In this document: positions 18,661 through 28,189 of the stretch, in pieces
Position numbering within the stretch: the first letter of the stretch is position 1
Layout: each line of letters opens with the position of its first letter
Assembly: GCA_963722885.1 (NCBI GenBank)
Contig: CAVROS010000037.1
Coordinates: 79,138 to 143,137, forward strand
DNA length: 64,000 nucleotides
Direction: 5' to 3'
From: an uncultured delta proteobacterium
Lineage (GTDB): Bacteria > Myxococcota_A > UBA9160 > UBA6930
Made by a program: the position numbers and the translations under genes
The notes under the pieces: model-generated
Database searches by the model: none
The model's input: the letters and a program-made list of their open reading frames with translations, nothing else
What the model was told of the DNA's origin: nothing

Positions 18661-19638
18661 CTAGAAGCGGTCGGCGGTCCAGAAGCCGAAGCTCTCGGCG
18701 GGCAGGACCGCCTCGAGAAAACGATCGGTGTCTCCGGCCTCGGGCGGCTCGACGCCGAGACGTTTCGCCAGCGCCCCAGGGTCGATGCAGCGCAGCATGC
18801 CGGTGGGATCCTCGACCTTCTGGCGAGCGAAGCCGCGGTCGTCGAGGGCGCGCTCCAGCTCCGGGTCGAGGTGAAGGTTTCCGGCGACGGCGCGCCCCTC
18901 GACCATCGCGGCGAGGAGATCTGCCAACGCCGCGGCGCCGTCCGCGCCATGCCCGAACTCGGTGAGGATCGGGAAGCCTTCCAGGATCGTCGAACGGGCG
19001 TAGGCCAGCACCTCTCCCCCACCGCGGGCGACGCGGAAGTCCTCTTCCGGGTTTCCCGCGTTCGCCAGTGAGGCCTTCCAGAGCGACTCGTCGCGAACCA
19101 CCGTTCCGTCGACGGAGCCCGAGTAGCGCCGGTAGATGGCCTTGACCGCCGCGAGATCCCGAGCCGGTTCGAAGGGCAGGATCTCCGCATCCGCTGTCGG
19201 GGGCGCGGGACCGCGCCGCTCGAGCAGGGTGCGCGTCACCACCCAGGAGCGCCAGCCGAGCCGGGTATACCAGGGAATCCGCACCGCGAAGAGCAGCGAG
19301 ATCTCGAGTCCCGACCGGGACATCGCCTCGACGGCGCGATCCAGCAGGGCACCCGCGACGCCACTGCGCCGATGCTCGGGCAAAGTGAAGACGCTCCCGA
19401 TCCCGCCGGCCGGAACCGCCTTCCCGCAAATCCGCAGGGGCCGCGGAAAGATCTGCACACAGGAGACCAGGCGCCCCGCCTCCACCGCGACCCAGATGTT
19501 CTCGTCCGAGAAGGTCGGATCGTCTTCGACGTAGCGGCGAAAGAAGTCCCGCCCCTGCCAGCCATCGGGCATCTGCCAGTGATCGAGCAGATCGAGAAGC
19601 GGCTCCCGCTCGGCTCTTTGCAGCGTCCGAAGCTCCAT
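18661..19638 (-). CDS. GNAT-family N-acetyltransferase with an extra C-terminal domain (Eis-like architecture)
   Basis: 325 aa with the acetyl-CoA binding signature VFTLPEHRRSGVAGALL. The C-terminal ~170 aa lies beyond the GNAT core. Confidence 0.7.
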   Translation of the reverse strand: MELRTLQRAEREPLLDLLDHWQMPDGWQGRDFFRRYVEDDPTFSDENIWVAVEAGRLVSCVQIFPRPLRICGKAVPAGGIGSVFTLPEHRRSGVAGALLDRAVEAMSRSGLEISLLFAVRIPWYTRLGWRSWVVTRTLLERRGPAPPTADAEILPFEPARDLAAVKAIYRRYSGSVDGTVVRDESLWKASLANAGNPEEDFRVARGGGEVLAYARSTILEGFPILTEFGHGADGAAALADLLAAMVEGRAVAGNLHLDPELERALDDRGFARQKVEDPTGMLRCIDPGALAKRLGVEPPEAGDTDRFLEAVLPAESFGFWTADRF

Positions 19639-19681
19639 CGGCGGGAGTATACGCCGCGGGCGAGCTAGCGCCTTCCCTTTC

Positions 19682-20876
19682 CTACTCGAGACGAAGGCCT
19701 GCCAGGCCGGTCACCAATACCCGAACCAGATCTGGCTGCCGGTGGGTATCCGTCTTGACGAAGAGCTGCTTCAGGTGACCGCGGACCGTGTGGATGGTGA
19801 TGCCGAGAGCGTCGCTGATCGCGGGAAGACGCATCCCCGCGGCGATGCGAGCGGCAACCTCGGCCTCCACCGGCGTGAACCCGTAGATCCGGCGAAGCCG
19901 CTCCGGAGAACCGTTCGACCTGAACATCCGGCTCGGAGACGAAGATCGCAGAGGTGGCCCTGTGGTCGAACAGCGGCGAAGACTCGACACTCATAGGTGT
20001 AACAACGACTTCCAGGGGAGAGCGTCCCGAAGGGCGCCGGAGCCGCATCACCGCGCCCGCATCCTCCCCGTTTCCCGCTCCCGTTTCCGCCGCGCCGGCG
20101 AGGGCGCGCCGGAGCTCGTCGGTCTGCTTCGGCGTCGAGGCCGAGGGACCGTCCCGATCCAGGATCAGCCCGTCGTGGGCGGCCAGGATCCGCTCGGCGG
20201 TCTGATTGATCGCAATCGGAGCTGCCCGCTCGTCGAGCAGGATCACACCGCCGAGGATCCGGTCCAGCGCTTCCTCCGCGGCACCCGCCCGCATCTCCGC
20301 GGCCTGGACTCGGGAATGGATCACCAGGGCCCGCTGGAGGTGGGGAACCAGCGAACGAACCGGGTCGAGATCCTCATCACGGAGGGGCCCGGCGCTCTTC
20401 TCCCGGAAGCCGACCAGGTCCGAGAGCGGCTCCCCAGGACCCTCATTGTAGAGAAAGGCCACGAACGGATGGGCAGCGCCCTGGGGGCGCATCCAGTCGT
20501 TGTAGAACTCGGTCCGCCGCTGCTCGCTTTCGGGAAGGATGCTGTCGGAGAGGAGAACCCGACCCTCCTGTGCCTCCGGTCCGAAGGGGCGCCAAGGGTT
20601 CAGGCGGTAGAAGTGAGAGCGGTAGGCTTCCTCATGGTGCTCATCGATTCCGGCGGAGGCGAGGATTCCGCGGTCACCATCGTGGGGGTGACGAAAGACG
20701 AGATGGATGCTCGCAAGCCGCAGCTCGTTGCGGAGGGCCTCCAGAAACACCGGCCAGCGCTCCGGCGCCACCGCAGCCTGATAGATTCGATCGATATGGG
20801 ATTCCAGGCCGGGTAAGCCGGGGGGATGGCTCATCACTCCAATGGGCTCCGCGTCAGTCTGCATCAGGCCGGGCAA
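19682..20876 (-). CDS. LuxR-family transcriptional regulator, paralog 1, with one frameshift as assembled (~19908-19922)
   Basis: The N-terminal ~330 aa is in the frame of ORF 19665-20876 and is colinear with paralog 2 (HIDRIYQAAV ... FYNDWMRPQ ... DLVGFREK). The C-terminal LuxR HTH (RLRRIYGFTPVEAEVAARIAAGMRLPAISDALGITIHTVRGHLKQLFVKT) is in the frame of ORF 19682-19990. Confidence 0.8.
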
Positions 20877-20962
20877 GACGGGGAGTGCATTGCCCTCACC
20901 AGAATGGAGTGGATCCTACCAGTTTTATAGGGTGAAGCACGTAGTTTCTCGACGGAAACACC

Positions 20963-20977
20963 CTGAACAGCGTTCAG
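20963..20977. promoter_or_regulatory. 15-bp palindrome CTGAACAGCGTTCAG upstream of LuxR paralog 1 (candidate operator)
   Basis: Read directly, 87 nt upstream of the annotated start. A related motif sits upstream of paralog 2. Confidence 0.25.
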
Positions 20978-21014
20978 TGGATGTTCCCTCGGGTGCTGCG
21001 CGGCCTTCCGCTCG

Positions 21015-22250
21015 TCAATCCAGACGAATTCGGGCCGGACCGGCGAGAATCAGTCGAACCAGCTCCGCCTGCCGGTGGGTGTTCGTCTTGGCGAAGAGCT
21101 GCTTCAGGTGACCGCGGACGGTGTGGATGCTGATGCCGAGATTCTCGGCGATCTCCGAGAGATCCATCCCCCTGACCACGCGAGAGGCGACCTCGGCCTC
21201 CATCCGCGTGAGCCCGTAGATCCGGCGAAGCCGCGCCGCCGGGCACTCGTCCTGGACATCCGGCTCGGCGACGAAGATCGCGGCCGCGGCCCTGTGGTCG
21301 AACAGAGGCGAAGACTCGCGGCCAATCGGCGTGACGACGGCCTCCAGAGCGGGGCGACCCGACGGGCGCAGCGAGCCGCAAGATCGCGCCCGCGTCCTCC
21401 CCGTTGCCGTGCTCGCGCCGGTCTTCGCCGCCCCGACGAGCAGCCGCCGGAGCTCCGCAGTCTGCTGCGAAGTCGAGGCCCGAGGACCGTCCCAATCCAG
21501 GACCAGCCCGTCGTTCATCGCCAGGATTCGATCGGCGGTCCGGTTGGTGACGATGGCAGCTCCCCGTTCGTCGAGCAGGATCACACCGCCGAGGATCCGG
21601 TCCAGTGCATCCGCCGCGGCACCGGCCCGGATCTCTGCGCTCTGGACTCGGGAGTGGATCGCCAGAGCCCGCTGGAGGTGGGGAATCAGTGAACGAACCG
21701 GCTGGAGATCTTCATCCCGGAGCGGTCCGCTGCCCTTCTCCCGGAAGCCGACGAGATCCGAGAGCGGCTCTCCCGAATTCGCATTGTAGAGGAAGGCAAC
21801 GAACGGAGGATCCATGCGTTGGGGGCGCATCCAGTCGTTGTAGAACTCGGTCCCCAACAGCTCGCTCTCGGAAAGCAGGCTGTCGCACAGCAGCGCTCGG
21901 CCCTCCTTTGCCTCCGGGCCGAAGGGGCGCCAGGGGTTCAGCTGGTAGTAGTAGAAGCGGTAGGCGTCCTCGTGGAACTCATCCATGCCGGTGGAGGCGA
22001 CGATGCCGCGGTCACCGTCGCAGGGGTGGCGAAAGACGAGATGGGCACTCGCGAGCCGCAGCTCCTCGCGAAGGCCATCCAAGAACGCCGGCCAGTATTG
22101 GGGCGACACCGCCGCCTGGTAGATTCGATCGACGTGGTGTGCCAGCTCGGGGCCGTTTTCGCGCAATTCGATGGCCTCGGAAGCCGCATGAGGGATCGAT
22201 TTGCGCCCTGATCGCAGATTACCACTTGGACAGCGGAATGGAACCGCCAA
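21015..22250 (-). CDS. LuxR-family transcriptional regulator, paralog 2 (intact)
   Basis: 411-aa single ORF with the C-terminal HTH RLRRIYGLTRMEAEVASRVVRGMDLSEIAENLGISIHTVRGHLKQLFAKT. It is colinear with paralog 1 over its whole length. Confidence 0.85.
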   Translation of the reverse strand: MAVPFRCPSGNLRSGRKSIPHAASEAIELRENGPELAHHVDRIYQAAVSPQYWPAFLDGLREELRLASAHLVFRHPCDGDRGIVASTGMDEFHEDAYRFYYYQLNPWRPFGPEAKEGRALLCDSLLSESELLGTEFYNDWMRPQRMDPPFVAFLYNANSGEPLSDLVGFREKGSGPLRDEDLQPVRSLIPHLQRALAIHSRVQSAEIRAGAAADALDRILGGVILLDERGAAIVTNRTADRILAMNDGLVLDWDGPRASTSQQTAELRRLLVGAAKTGASTATGRTRARSCGSLRPSGRPALEAVVTPIGRESSPLFDHRAAAAIFVAEPDVQDECPAARLRRIYGLTRMEAEVASRVVRGMDLSEIAENLGISIHTVRGHLKQLFAKTNTHRQAELVRLILAGPARIRLD

Positions 22251-22266
22251 ATCACCTGCGCCAACA

Positions 22267-22281
22267 CTAAACGATGTTCAG
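22267..22281. promoter_or_regulatory. Imperfect palindrome CTAAACGATGTTCAG upstream of LuxR paralog 2 (candidate operator)
   Basis: Read directly. It is homologous in position and in flanking sequence (GTTCAG..GGAT.TTCCC) to the motif at 20963-20977. Confidence 0.2.
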
Positions 22282-22351
22282 CAGGGATATTCCCCTGCTC
22301 CCGCTACACATCGACGCCAGATCACGGCGCCGATGCTGGCCTGCGCCCGCG

Positions 22352-23271
22352 TCAGAGACCGAGGCGCTTCAGCGTCTCCCGAAAATCCGGTGGATCGGGC
22401 GAGCAGACACTCGATCTCCCGGTAGCCAATGGCCGCGGCGTGAAGCATCTGGCGGGGGGCATCCGGGGCCCCGCCGGCCCCATAGACGGCATCTCCGAGC
22501 ACCGGGTGACCCAGATGAGCGAGAGCGACGCGGATCTGGTGCAGAAACCCGGTGACCGGCTCCACCTCGACCAGGGTTGCGCCACCGCTGCTCCCGACGG
22601 CGCGCCAGTGCAGCGCCGTCCTTCGGGAGCCGGGTGCGCCGGCGGGACGGACGCGGACCCGGGCCGGACGGTGCCGGGTCACACTCAGGTCCAGCACCAG
22701 GTCCTCGTCTCCCGCGAGCTCGCCGGCCACGATGGCCCGGTAGCGCTTGTGCACGCGGTGGCGGCGGAAGGCCTCGCGGAGCTTCCTCCAGCGATCCTCC
22801 CGGGTGGCGAACAGCAGCGCCCCGGAGGTCTCCACGTCGAGCCTGTGCACCACCCCGCTGCGGAGCCCCGCCTCGCCGATCCCGAGGATCTCCGGAGAGC
22901 GGGCCACCAGGGCATTCAACAAGGTCCCCCGCTCTTCCTCGGCGAGCGGGTGAACGGGCGTTCCCGGGGGCTTCTCCACGGCGATCCAGCCGTCTCCCTC
23001 GGCCAGGACCACCAGGGGCACCTCGGGATCCGGGATGGGGTGCTGGGAGGCCGGAGGCCGGAAGCTGGTCGACCTCGATCCGCGAGCCTGCGGCCAGGGG
23101 CAGGCCCTTGGCGCTGGAGCCCACCACCCGATCGTCCACCGCCACCCCGCCCCGGGCGAGGAGCTTCCGGACCTGGGCCCGGGAGGCCCCCAGGGCCCCG
23201 CTCAGGTAGCGATCGAGTCGCGAGCCGGCTTCGGACTCCGGGATCAGGAAGGTCCGGGTGGATTTCCGCAT
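22352..23271 (-). CDS. RluA-family pseudouridine synthase with an N-terminal S4 domain (RluD/RluC-like), with two frameshifts as assembled (~23027-23036 and ~22407-22414)
   Basis: Three frames together give a colinear protein. Frame 1 carries the S4 part (RLDRYLSGALGASRAQVRKLLARGGVAVDD). Frame 2 carries the catalytic core (WIAVEKPPGTPVHP ... VHRLDVETSGALLFA ... VTGFLHQIRVALAHLGHPVLGD). Frame 3 carries the tail (PDPPDFRETLKRLGL). Confidence 0.8.
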
Positions 23272-23290
23272 GATTCGATTCTAACCACTG

Positions 23291-24862
23291 ATGGGAGACC
23301 GATCGGGAGAAGCAATGGCCGACACCCACGAGCGCCGAATCGAGGTGATGGACACCACCCTGCGTGATGGCGAGCAGACTCCGGAGATCGCCTACACGCC
23401 AGCCGAGAAGCTGCAGATCGCCCGCATGCTGCTCGCGAACCTGGGGGTCGACCGCATCGAGATCGCGGGGACCCGGGTCTCCGAAGGAGAGCGCGAGGCG
23501 GCGCGCCTGATCACGCGCTGGGCGCGCCAGGTCCGGATGCTCCGGCGGGTGGAGATGCTCGGCTACTGCGACGGCAAGACCTCGGTCGACTGGATCGTCA
23601 GCGCCGGCGGGCGGGTGCTCAACCTGCTGGTGAAGGGCTCCGAGCGCCACTGCACGGGCCAGCTCCGGATGAGTCCGGAAGAGCATCGCGCGCGGGCGGC
23701 CGAGACCCTGGAGTACGCGCGCAAGCGGCGGGTTCGCGCCAACGTCTACCTCGAGGACTGGTCGAACGGCGTGCGCGACTCCTTCGACTACGTGTTCGCG
23801 ATGATGAAGATGCTGGGCGAGCACCGCGTCGACCGCGTCTACCTGCCCGACACCCTGGGGATCCTGAATCCCGCCGACACCAGCCGCTACGTCGGCCTGA
23901 TGGTCGCCACCTGGCCCCAGGTCCACTTCGAGTTCCACGGCCACAACGACTACGGACTCGCCACCGCGAACTGCCTGGCGGCCGTGGAGGCCGGAGCCCG
24001 CGGGGTCCACACGAGCGTCAACGGCATGGGCGAGCGAGCGGGGAACGCCCGGCTGGCGGAGATCGTCGCAGCCCTCCACGACCACGGCCCCTACCGGACC
24101 GGCGTGGACGAGTCGCGGCTGGTCGCCGCCTCGCGCATGGTCGAGACCTTCAGCGGCAAGGACGTCGCCGCCAACGCCCCCATCGTGGGAGGAGACGTCT
24201 TCACCCAGACCGCCGGCATCCACGCCGACGGCGACGCCAAGGGCGACCTCTACGCGAGCCGCCTGGCGCCGGACCGCTTCGGGCGCCGGCGCCGCTACGC
24301 CCTCGGCAAGCTCTCGGGCAAGGCCTCCCTCGACCAGAACCTGGAGCGGCTCGGGATCGAGCTCCCGGAAGAGGCGCGCGACCTGGTGCTGAAGCGCATC
24401 GTCGAGCTCGGAGACAAGAAGCACACCGTCGTGCCCGAGGATCTCCGCTTCATCATCGCGGACGTGCTGAAGACGCCCCGGGACCAGATGGTTCAGGTGG
24501 ACTCCTACGAGGTCTGGGTGGGAAGCGATGCGCTGCCGCGGGCGAAGGCCACCGTCTCCTACCGCAGGAAGACCTCCACCGCCGAGGCCACCGGCGACGG
24601 CGGCTACGACGCCTTCATGAACGCCCTCAAGAAGGCGGCGAAGAAGTTCCGGCTGGAGGTTCCGCGGCTCGAGGACTTCCGCGTGCGGATTCCGCCGGGC
24701 GGACGCACCAGCGCACTGGTCGAGACCGTGATCACCTGGCGGGGCGAGGCGGGCGAGGATTCCTGGTCGACCCTCGGCGTCGACTCGGACCAGCTCGCGG
24801 CTGCGGTGATCGCCACCGAGAAGATGCTGAACGCAGTCGCCGCCAAGCGCGGGAATCGATGA
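23291..24862 (+). CDS. 2-isopropylmalate synthase / (R)-citramalate synthase family enzyme (CimA-like, with a LeuA-type C-terminal regulatory domain)
   Basis: The 523-aa ORF reads [37 protein letters not shown] and [11 protein letters not shown], followed by a C-terminal domain of about 130 aa. The start may instead be the internal MADTHERR (23315). Confidence 0.85.
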   Translation: MGDRSGEAMADTHERRIEVMDTTLRDGEQTPEIAYTPAEKLQIARMLLANLGVDRIEIAGTRVSEGEREAARLITRWARQVRMLRRVEMLGYCDGKTSVDWIVSAGGRVLNLLVKGSERHCTGQLRMSPEEHRARAAETLEYARKRRVRANVYLEDWSNGVRDSFDYVFAMMKMLGEHRVDRVYLPDTLGILNPADTSRYVGLMVATWPQVHFEFHGHNDYGLATANCLAAVEAGARGVHTSVNGMGERAGNARLAEIVAALHDHGPYRTGVDESRLVAASRMVETFSGKDVAANAPIVGGDVFTQTAGIHADGDAKGDLYASRLAPDRFGRRRRYALGKLSGKASLDQNLERLGIELPEEARDLVLKRIVELGDKKHTVVPEDLRFIIADVLKTPRDQMVQVDSYEVWVGSDALPRAKATVSYRRKTSTAEATGDGGYDAFMNALKKAAKKFRLEVPRLEDFRVRIPPGGRTSALVETVITWRGEAGEDSWSTLGVDSDQLAAAVIATEKMLNAVAAKRGNR

Positions 24863-25839
24863 GGCGACGCGACGGCGGTACAGCGCATCGCCCTCTCGTC
24901 CTGCTGCTCGGATCGGTGGCGCTGTCCGGGTGCCGCTCCACACCCGAGCCCGATCCGCGCTATCGCCCCAGCGAGAGCCTGCTCGAGGTGGTGGCGGTAC
25001 TGCGCCGCCACGTGCCCGACGACACCTACCACTTCCAGCCGGCACGCGATTTCACGGGCCGCAACATCTATCGCGCCTCGCTGCTGCGCCTGGAGAACCT
25101 GCAGAAGGTCCACGCCGAGGAGCTCCGCTCCGGCTACATGGACGACGTGTTCGCCTTCGCGAAGGGCCGTGCACTCGAGCGGCTGCGCGCCTTCGATCTG
25201 GCCGCTTCGAGCTACCAGATCGCGGCGGAGATCGAAGGCCCCCTCCAGCGCGACGCTCGCGAGAGCCAGGCGATCTGCGAGGCGCTCGCCGAGGCGGCGG
25301 CGCTCGAGCCCGAGCAGGCGCCGATCCCGGAGGAGGGCGATCCGGTCCCGCTGGCCGCCGAGCGCGAGAGCGTCGTGGCGCTGTTCGACCGAAGGGTGGC
25401 GCTCCTCGAAGCGCTACTCGACGGCGCCGAGGGCACCCACTACGCATTCGTGATCCGCGAAGAGATCGAGCGGGCGGACATGGGCCGGGCGCGCTTCTTG
25501 AGCGACACGCGGCGCCTCTACGTCGACGGGGACGTGCGGGCCCTGGCGGCGCTCCAGCAGTTGGTAAACTCGCATCGGGAGAGCAAGAACGCCAACCGGC
25601 ACCTGCTGGCGCTGGCGGATCTCTACGCGGAGCTCGCGGTGGAATACGTCGAGAGCCATCCACCCGAGGGGCTGCGCTTCGATCCGCCGCGATTCGAGGA
25701 GCTGGTCGAGGCAGCGGCCCGGCTCTACGAGGCGATCACCAACCAGGACGGAGCGCCGGAGAAGCTCGAGGCCGCGAGGCGGCTGGAAGCGTTTCTGGCC
25801 TTTACACTCAAGGTGGACCGTGACCGCTTCAGCCCGTGA
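24859..25839 (+). CDS. Predicted lipoprotein, function unknown (helical, Glu/Leu/Ala/Arg rich)
   Basis: The signal and lipobox read LVLLLGSVALSGC. The ATG overlaps the stop of the upstream synthase (ATGA). I recognise no family. Confidence 0.7.
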   Translation: MRRRDGGTAHRPLVLLLGSVALSGCRSTPEPDPRYRPSESLLEVVAVLRRHVPDDTYHFQPARDFTGRNIYRASLLRLENLQKVHAEELRSGYMDDVFAFAKGRALERLRAFDLAASSYQIAAEIEGPLQRDARESQAICEALAEAAALEPEQAPIPEEGDPVPLAAERESVVALFDRRVALLEALLDGAEGTHYAFVIREEIERADMGRARFLSDTRRLYVDGDVRALAALQQLVNSHRESKNANRHLLALADLYAELAVEYVESHPPEGLRFDPPRFEELVEAAARLYEAITNQDGAPEKLEAARRLEAFLAFTLKVDRDRFSP

Positions 25840-25961
25840 CATAGCAAGCGCGTAGCGAGGCGCAGCCGAGCGAGAGTTCGGCAAGCCGGGCTCGCAGCAG
25901 CCCTGGCCAGCGCTGGCGCTGGGCTGCGCCACGGCGGGCGCGCCGCCCGTGCTTCTCTCCC

Positions 25962-28134
25962 ATGGAACCCCTGCCCCTCGTCGGCAACTACGTGCCCGAC
26001 GACACCGACGGGCTGGCGCACTCGCTGGCGGTCGCGGTATTGAGCAGCGATCGGGCGGAAGGTCGACGATTGCATCGAAGGGCTCCAGGCCATCGACGCC
26101 ACGCGGAGGCAGCGCGACGAGCCGCCCACCGGCATGCTTCCCTACGCCCTCGACGCCCGCAACGCCACGCTGGACGACCCGCTCGTCTACCGAAGAGAGG
26201 CGGACGCACTGCTGCGGCGCAAAGACCTGGACCCGGCCCTGCGGGCCCGAATCCGGCAGGAGGTCGCCGACGATCCCCTCCGACTCGCCGACGCGCGCCT
26301 TCACGACGCACGGATGCGGCGTATCGGGCGTACGGTCAATGCCTTCTCCGAGGCGCTGGGGCGCTCCGCCTTCAACAGATGTCATGCTCCCCGTTCGCCT
26401 GCTTCGTTCGGTCGTCGCCGTCGCCCTCGCGGAGCACCAGGACGACGAACTCACCGCGCCGGAGCGCCAGGCCCTCGCCCACTGGAAGCGCTTCATCGAG
26501 GAGGAGCCGAACGCACCCGAGGCGTCGGTGCTCCTGGAACGGATCGATTCGGCGCAGGTGCGCTGGTTCCGCACCCAGCGGGATCGGAACGTGCGCGACG
26601 CACGAGAAGCGCTCGAGGAGAAACGATGCACCGCTGGCCGTCGCCCTCTCGGAGCGCGCACTGCGCTACGCCCCCGAGGATCGCGAGGCGATCGGGCTCC
26701 TGCGAGAGGCCGAGGAGCGCCGCGCGATCTGGAGCGGGAATCAGGCGAGGAACCTCGAGGCCACCGACACCGACTCGACCCTGCAACGGAAGCTCGCGGT
26801 GGCACTGCTGCTTCCGGACGGCCCCGTCGAAGAGATGGCGACGGCGCTCCTCGAGGAGTATCCCGAGGGAGCGCTGGCCGACGAGGCCGCCTTTGCACTG
26901 GCCACCGCGACGGGAGAGGCGGGCCACGAAGACCCCGATGTGGGAGCAGCTGGAGGAGATCGCAGAGCTCGGTTACCGAGCGATCGAACATGGCGCGCCA
27001 TGCCCAGGCGGCGCTATCCAGCGCCGAGCAGAACCCCTACCGGGCCTACCGGGCGGCGCGAGGCGCGCAGAGCTGGACCATGCTGCGCTGGCTCTTCCTC
27101 GGGCCCCTGGCGGGAGGAGCTCGCGACCGGAACCTGGCGCGACCCCTGGAGTGGGCCATCGAGATTCCCACGGTGATCAACGTGGTCAGCGGCTTCCCCA
27201 ACCGGCTGATCCGCTACCCCTTCATGAAGCCCACCACCCGAGTGCCCTCGGTCCTCGCACGGCGCTACCTGGAGCGATACCCGAATGGCGAGCACGCCGC
27301 CGCGGTCCGGAGCTGGCTGGAGGATTTCGAGGCTTCCCGGGGCAACTACTTCGGTGCGCTCCAGCTGGCGGAGGCCGACGCCGACGCCGACGCAGCGATC
27401 ATCTGGAGAAGCTTCGCAACAAGGCGTCCGAGCAGGCCCTCGAGGCCGCGAGGCGCGAAAAGCGCCGAGATGTCCGCATGTCGCTGCTCAAGAAGATCGC
27501 CCGGGAGTTCCAGGGCACCGAGGCGGGTCGGAAGGCGGGCGAGCAGGCTCGAGAGGAGGTCGAGAAGGGCACACCCCAGCAGATCCAGGTGACCCGCGCA
27601 TTCCTGCTCGAGAACCCCCAGGTGGCGGGTCCCGAGGGATTCGCGCTCCGCCCGGAGCTTCTCGACGACGACCTCGAAAACGGCGAGCTGCATCCCGAGG
27701 GCATCACCTTCCTCGGGGGACGGGTGTTGGAGTTCGCGTTCGTGAACGAGAGCGGCAACGACCGCGCTGCCCCCAGGAGAACCCAGGCCGCGGTCTCCGC
27801 GGAGCGGCTGTCGCGGGCGGTGGCGCTTCTCGAGGAGACCTCGCTGCGGATCGTCCAGGTCGACCGGGACGCCCGCGTCGAGAATGACGCGGACCGGGAT
27901 CTCTTCTTCGAGCGCGCGAAGCTCGGCGTGACCGGGACTCCGGATCTTCGCGCTTCGGCCGAGTCGACCTACGCCTTCCGCGGAATGCGCGAGAAGTACG
28001 GTCTGGTCCGCTCCCGGGATTCGATCCTCCCCGTCGAGATCGTCCTGCAGGGGAGCTTCGACGATTTCAGCCTCGGCGCCTTCCCGCGCATCCGGATCCC
28101 CAAGCCCACCCCCGACGTCATCTTCTACCGCTGA
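25962..28134 (+). pseudogene. Large (~720 aa) conserved-looking hypothetical gene broken by about six frameshifts
   Basis: Protein-like segments alternate among all three plus frames. Examples are LPYALDARNATLDDPLVYRREADALL, LLRSVVAVALAEHQDDELTAPERQALAHWKRFIEEEP, LAVALSERALRYAPEDREAIGLLREAEE, RHAQAALSSAEQNPYRAYRAARG ... RYLERYPNGEHAAAVRSWLEDFE and EKLRNKASEQALEAARREKR ... PTPDVIFYR. Frame changes fall near 26050, 26375, 26625, 26935, 26985 and 27398. The start is uncertain. Confidence 0.6.
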
Positions 28135-28149
28135 GCGGGAACCGGAAGC

Positions 28150-28189
28150 GGGGAGGGTTCGCCTCCAGTCAAGGCAAGGAACGTCCCCG
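28150..28189. repeat. Degenerate copy of the REP/REPIN-like element
   Basis: GCAAGGAACGTCCCC (28175-28189) is identical to the end of the right arm of copy 2. GGGGAGGGTTC (28150-28160) can pair imperfectly with GAACGTCCCC. It lies between convergent genes. Confidence 0.6.
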
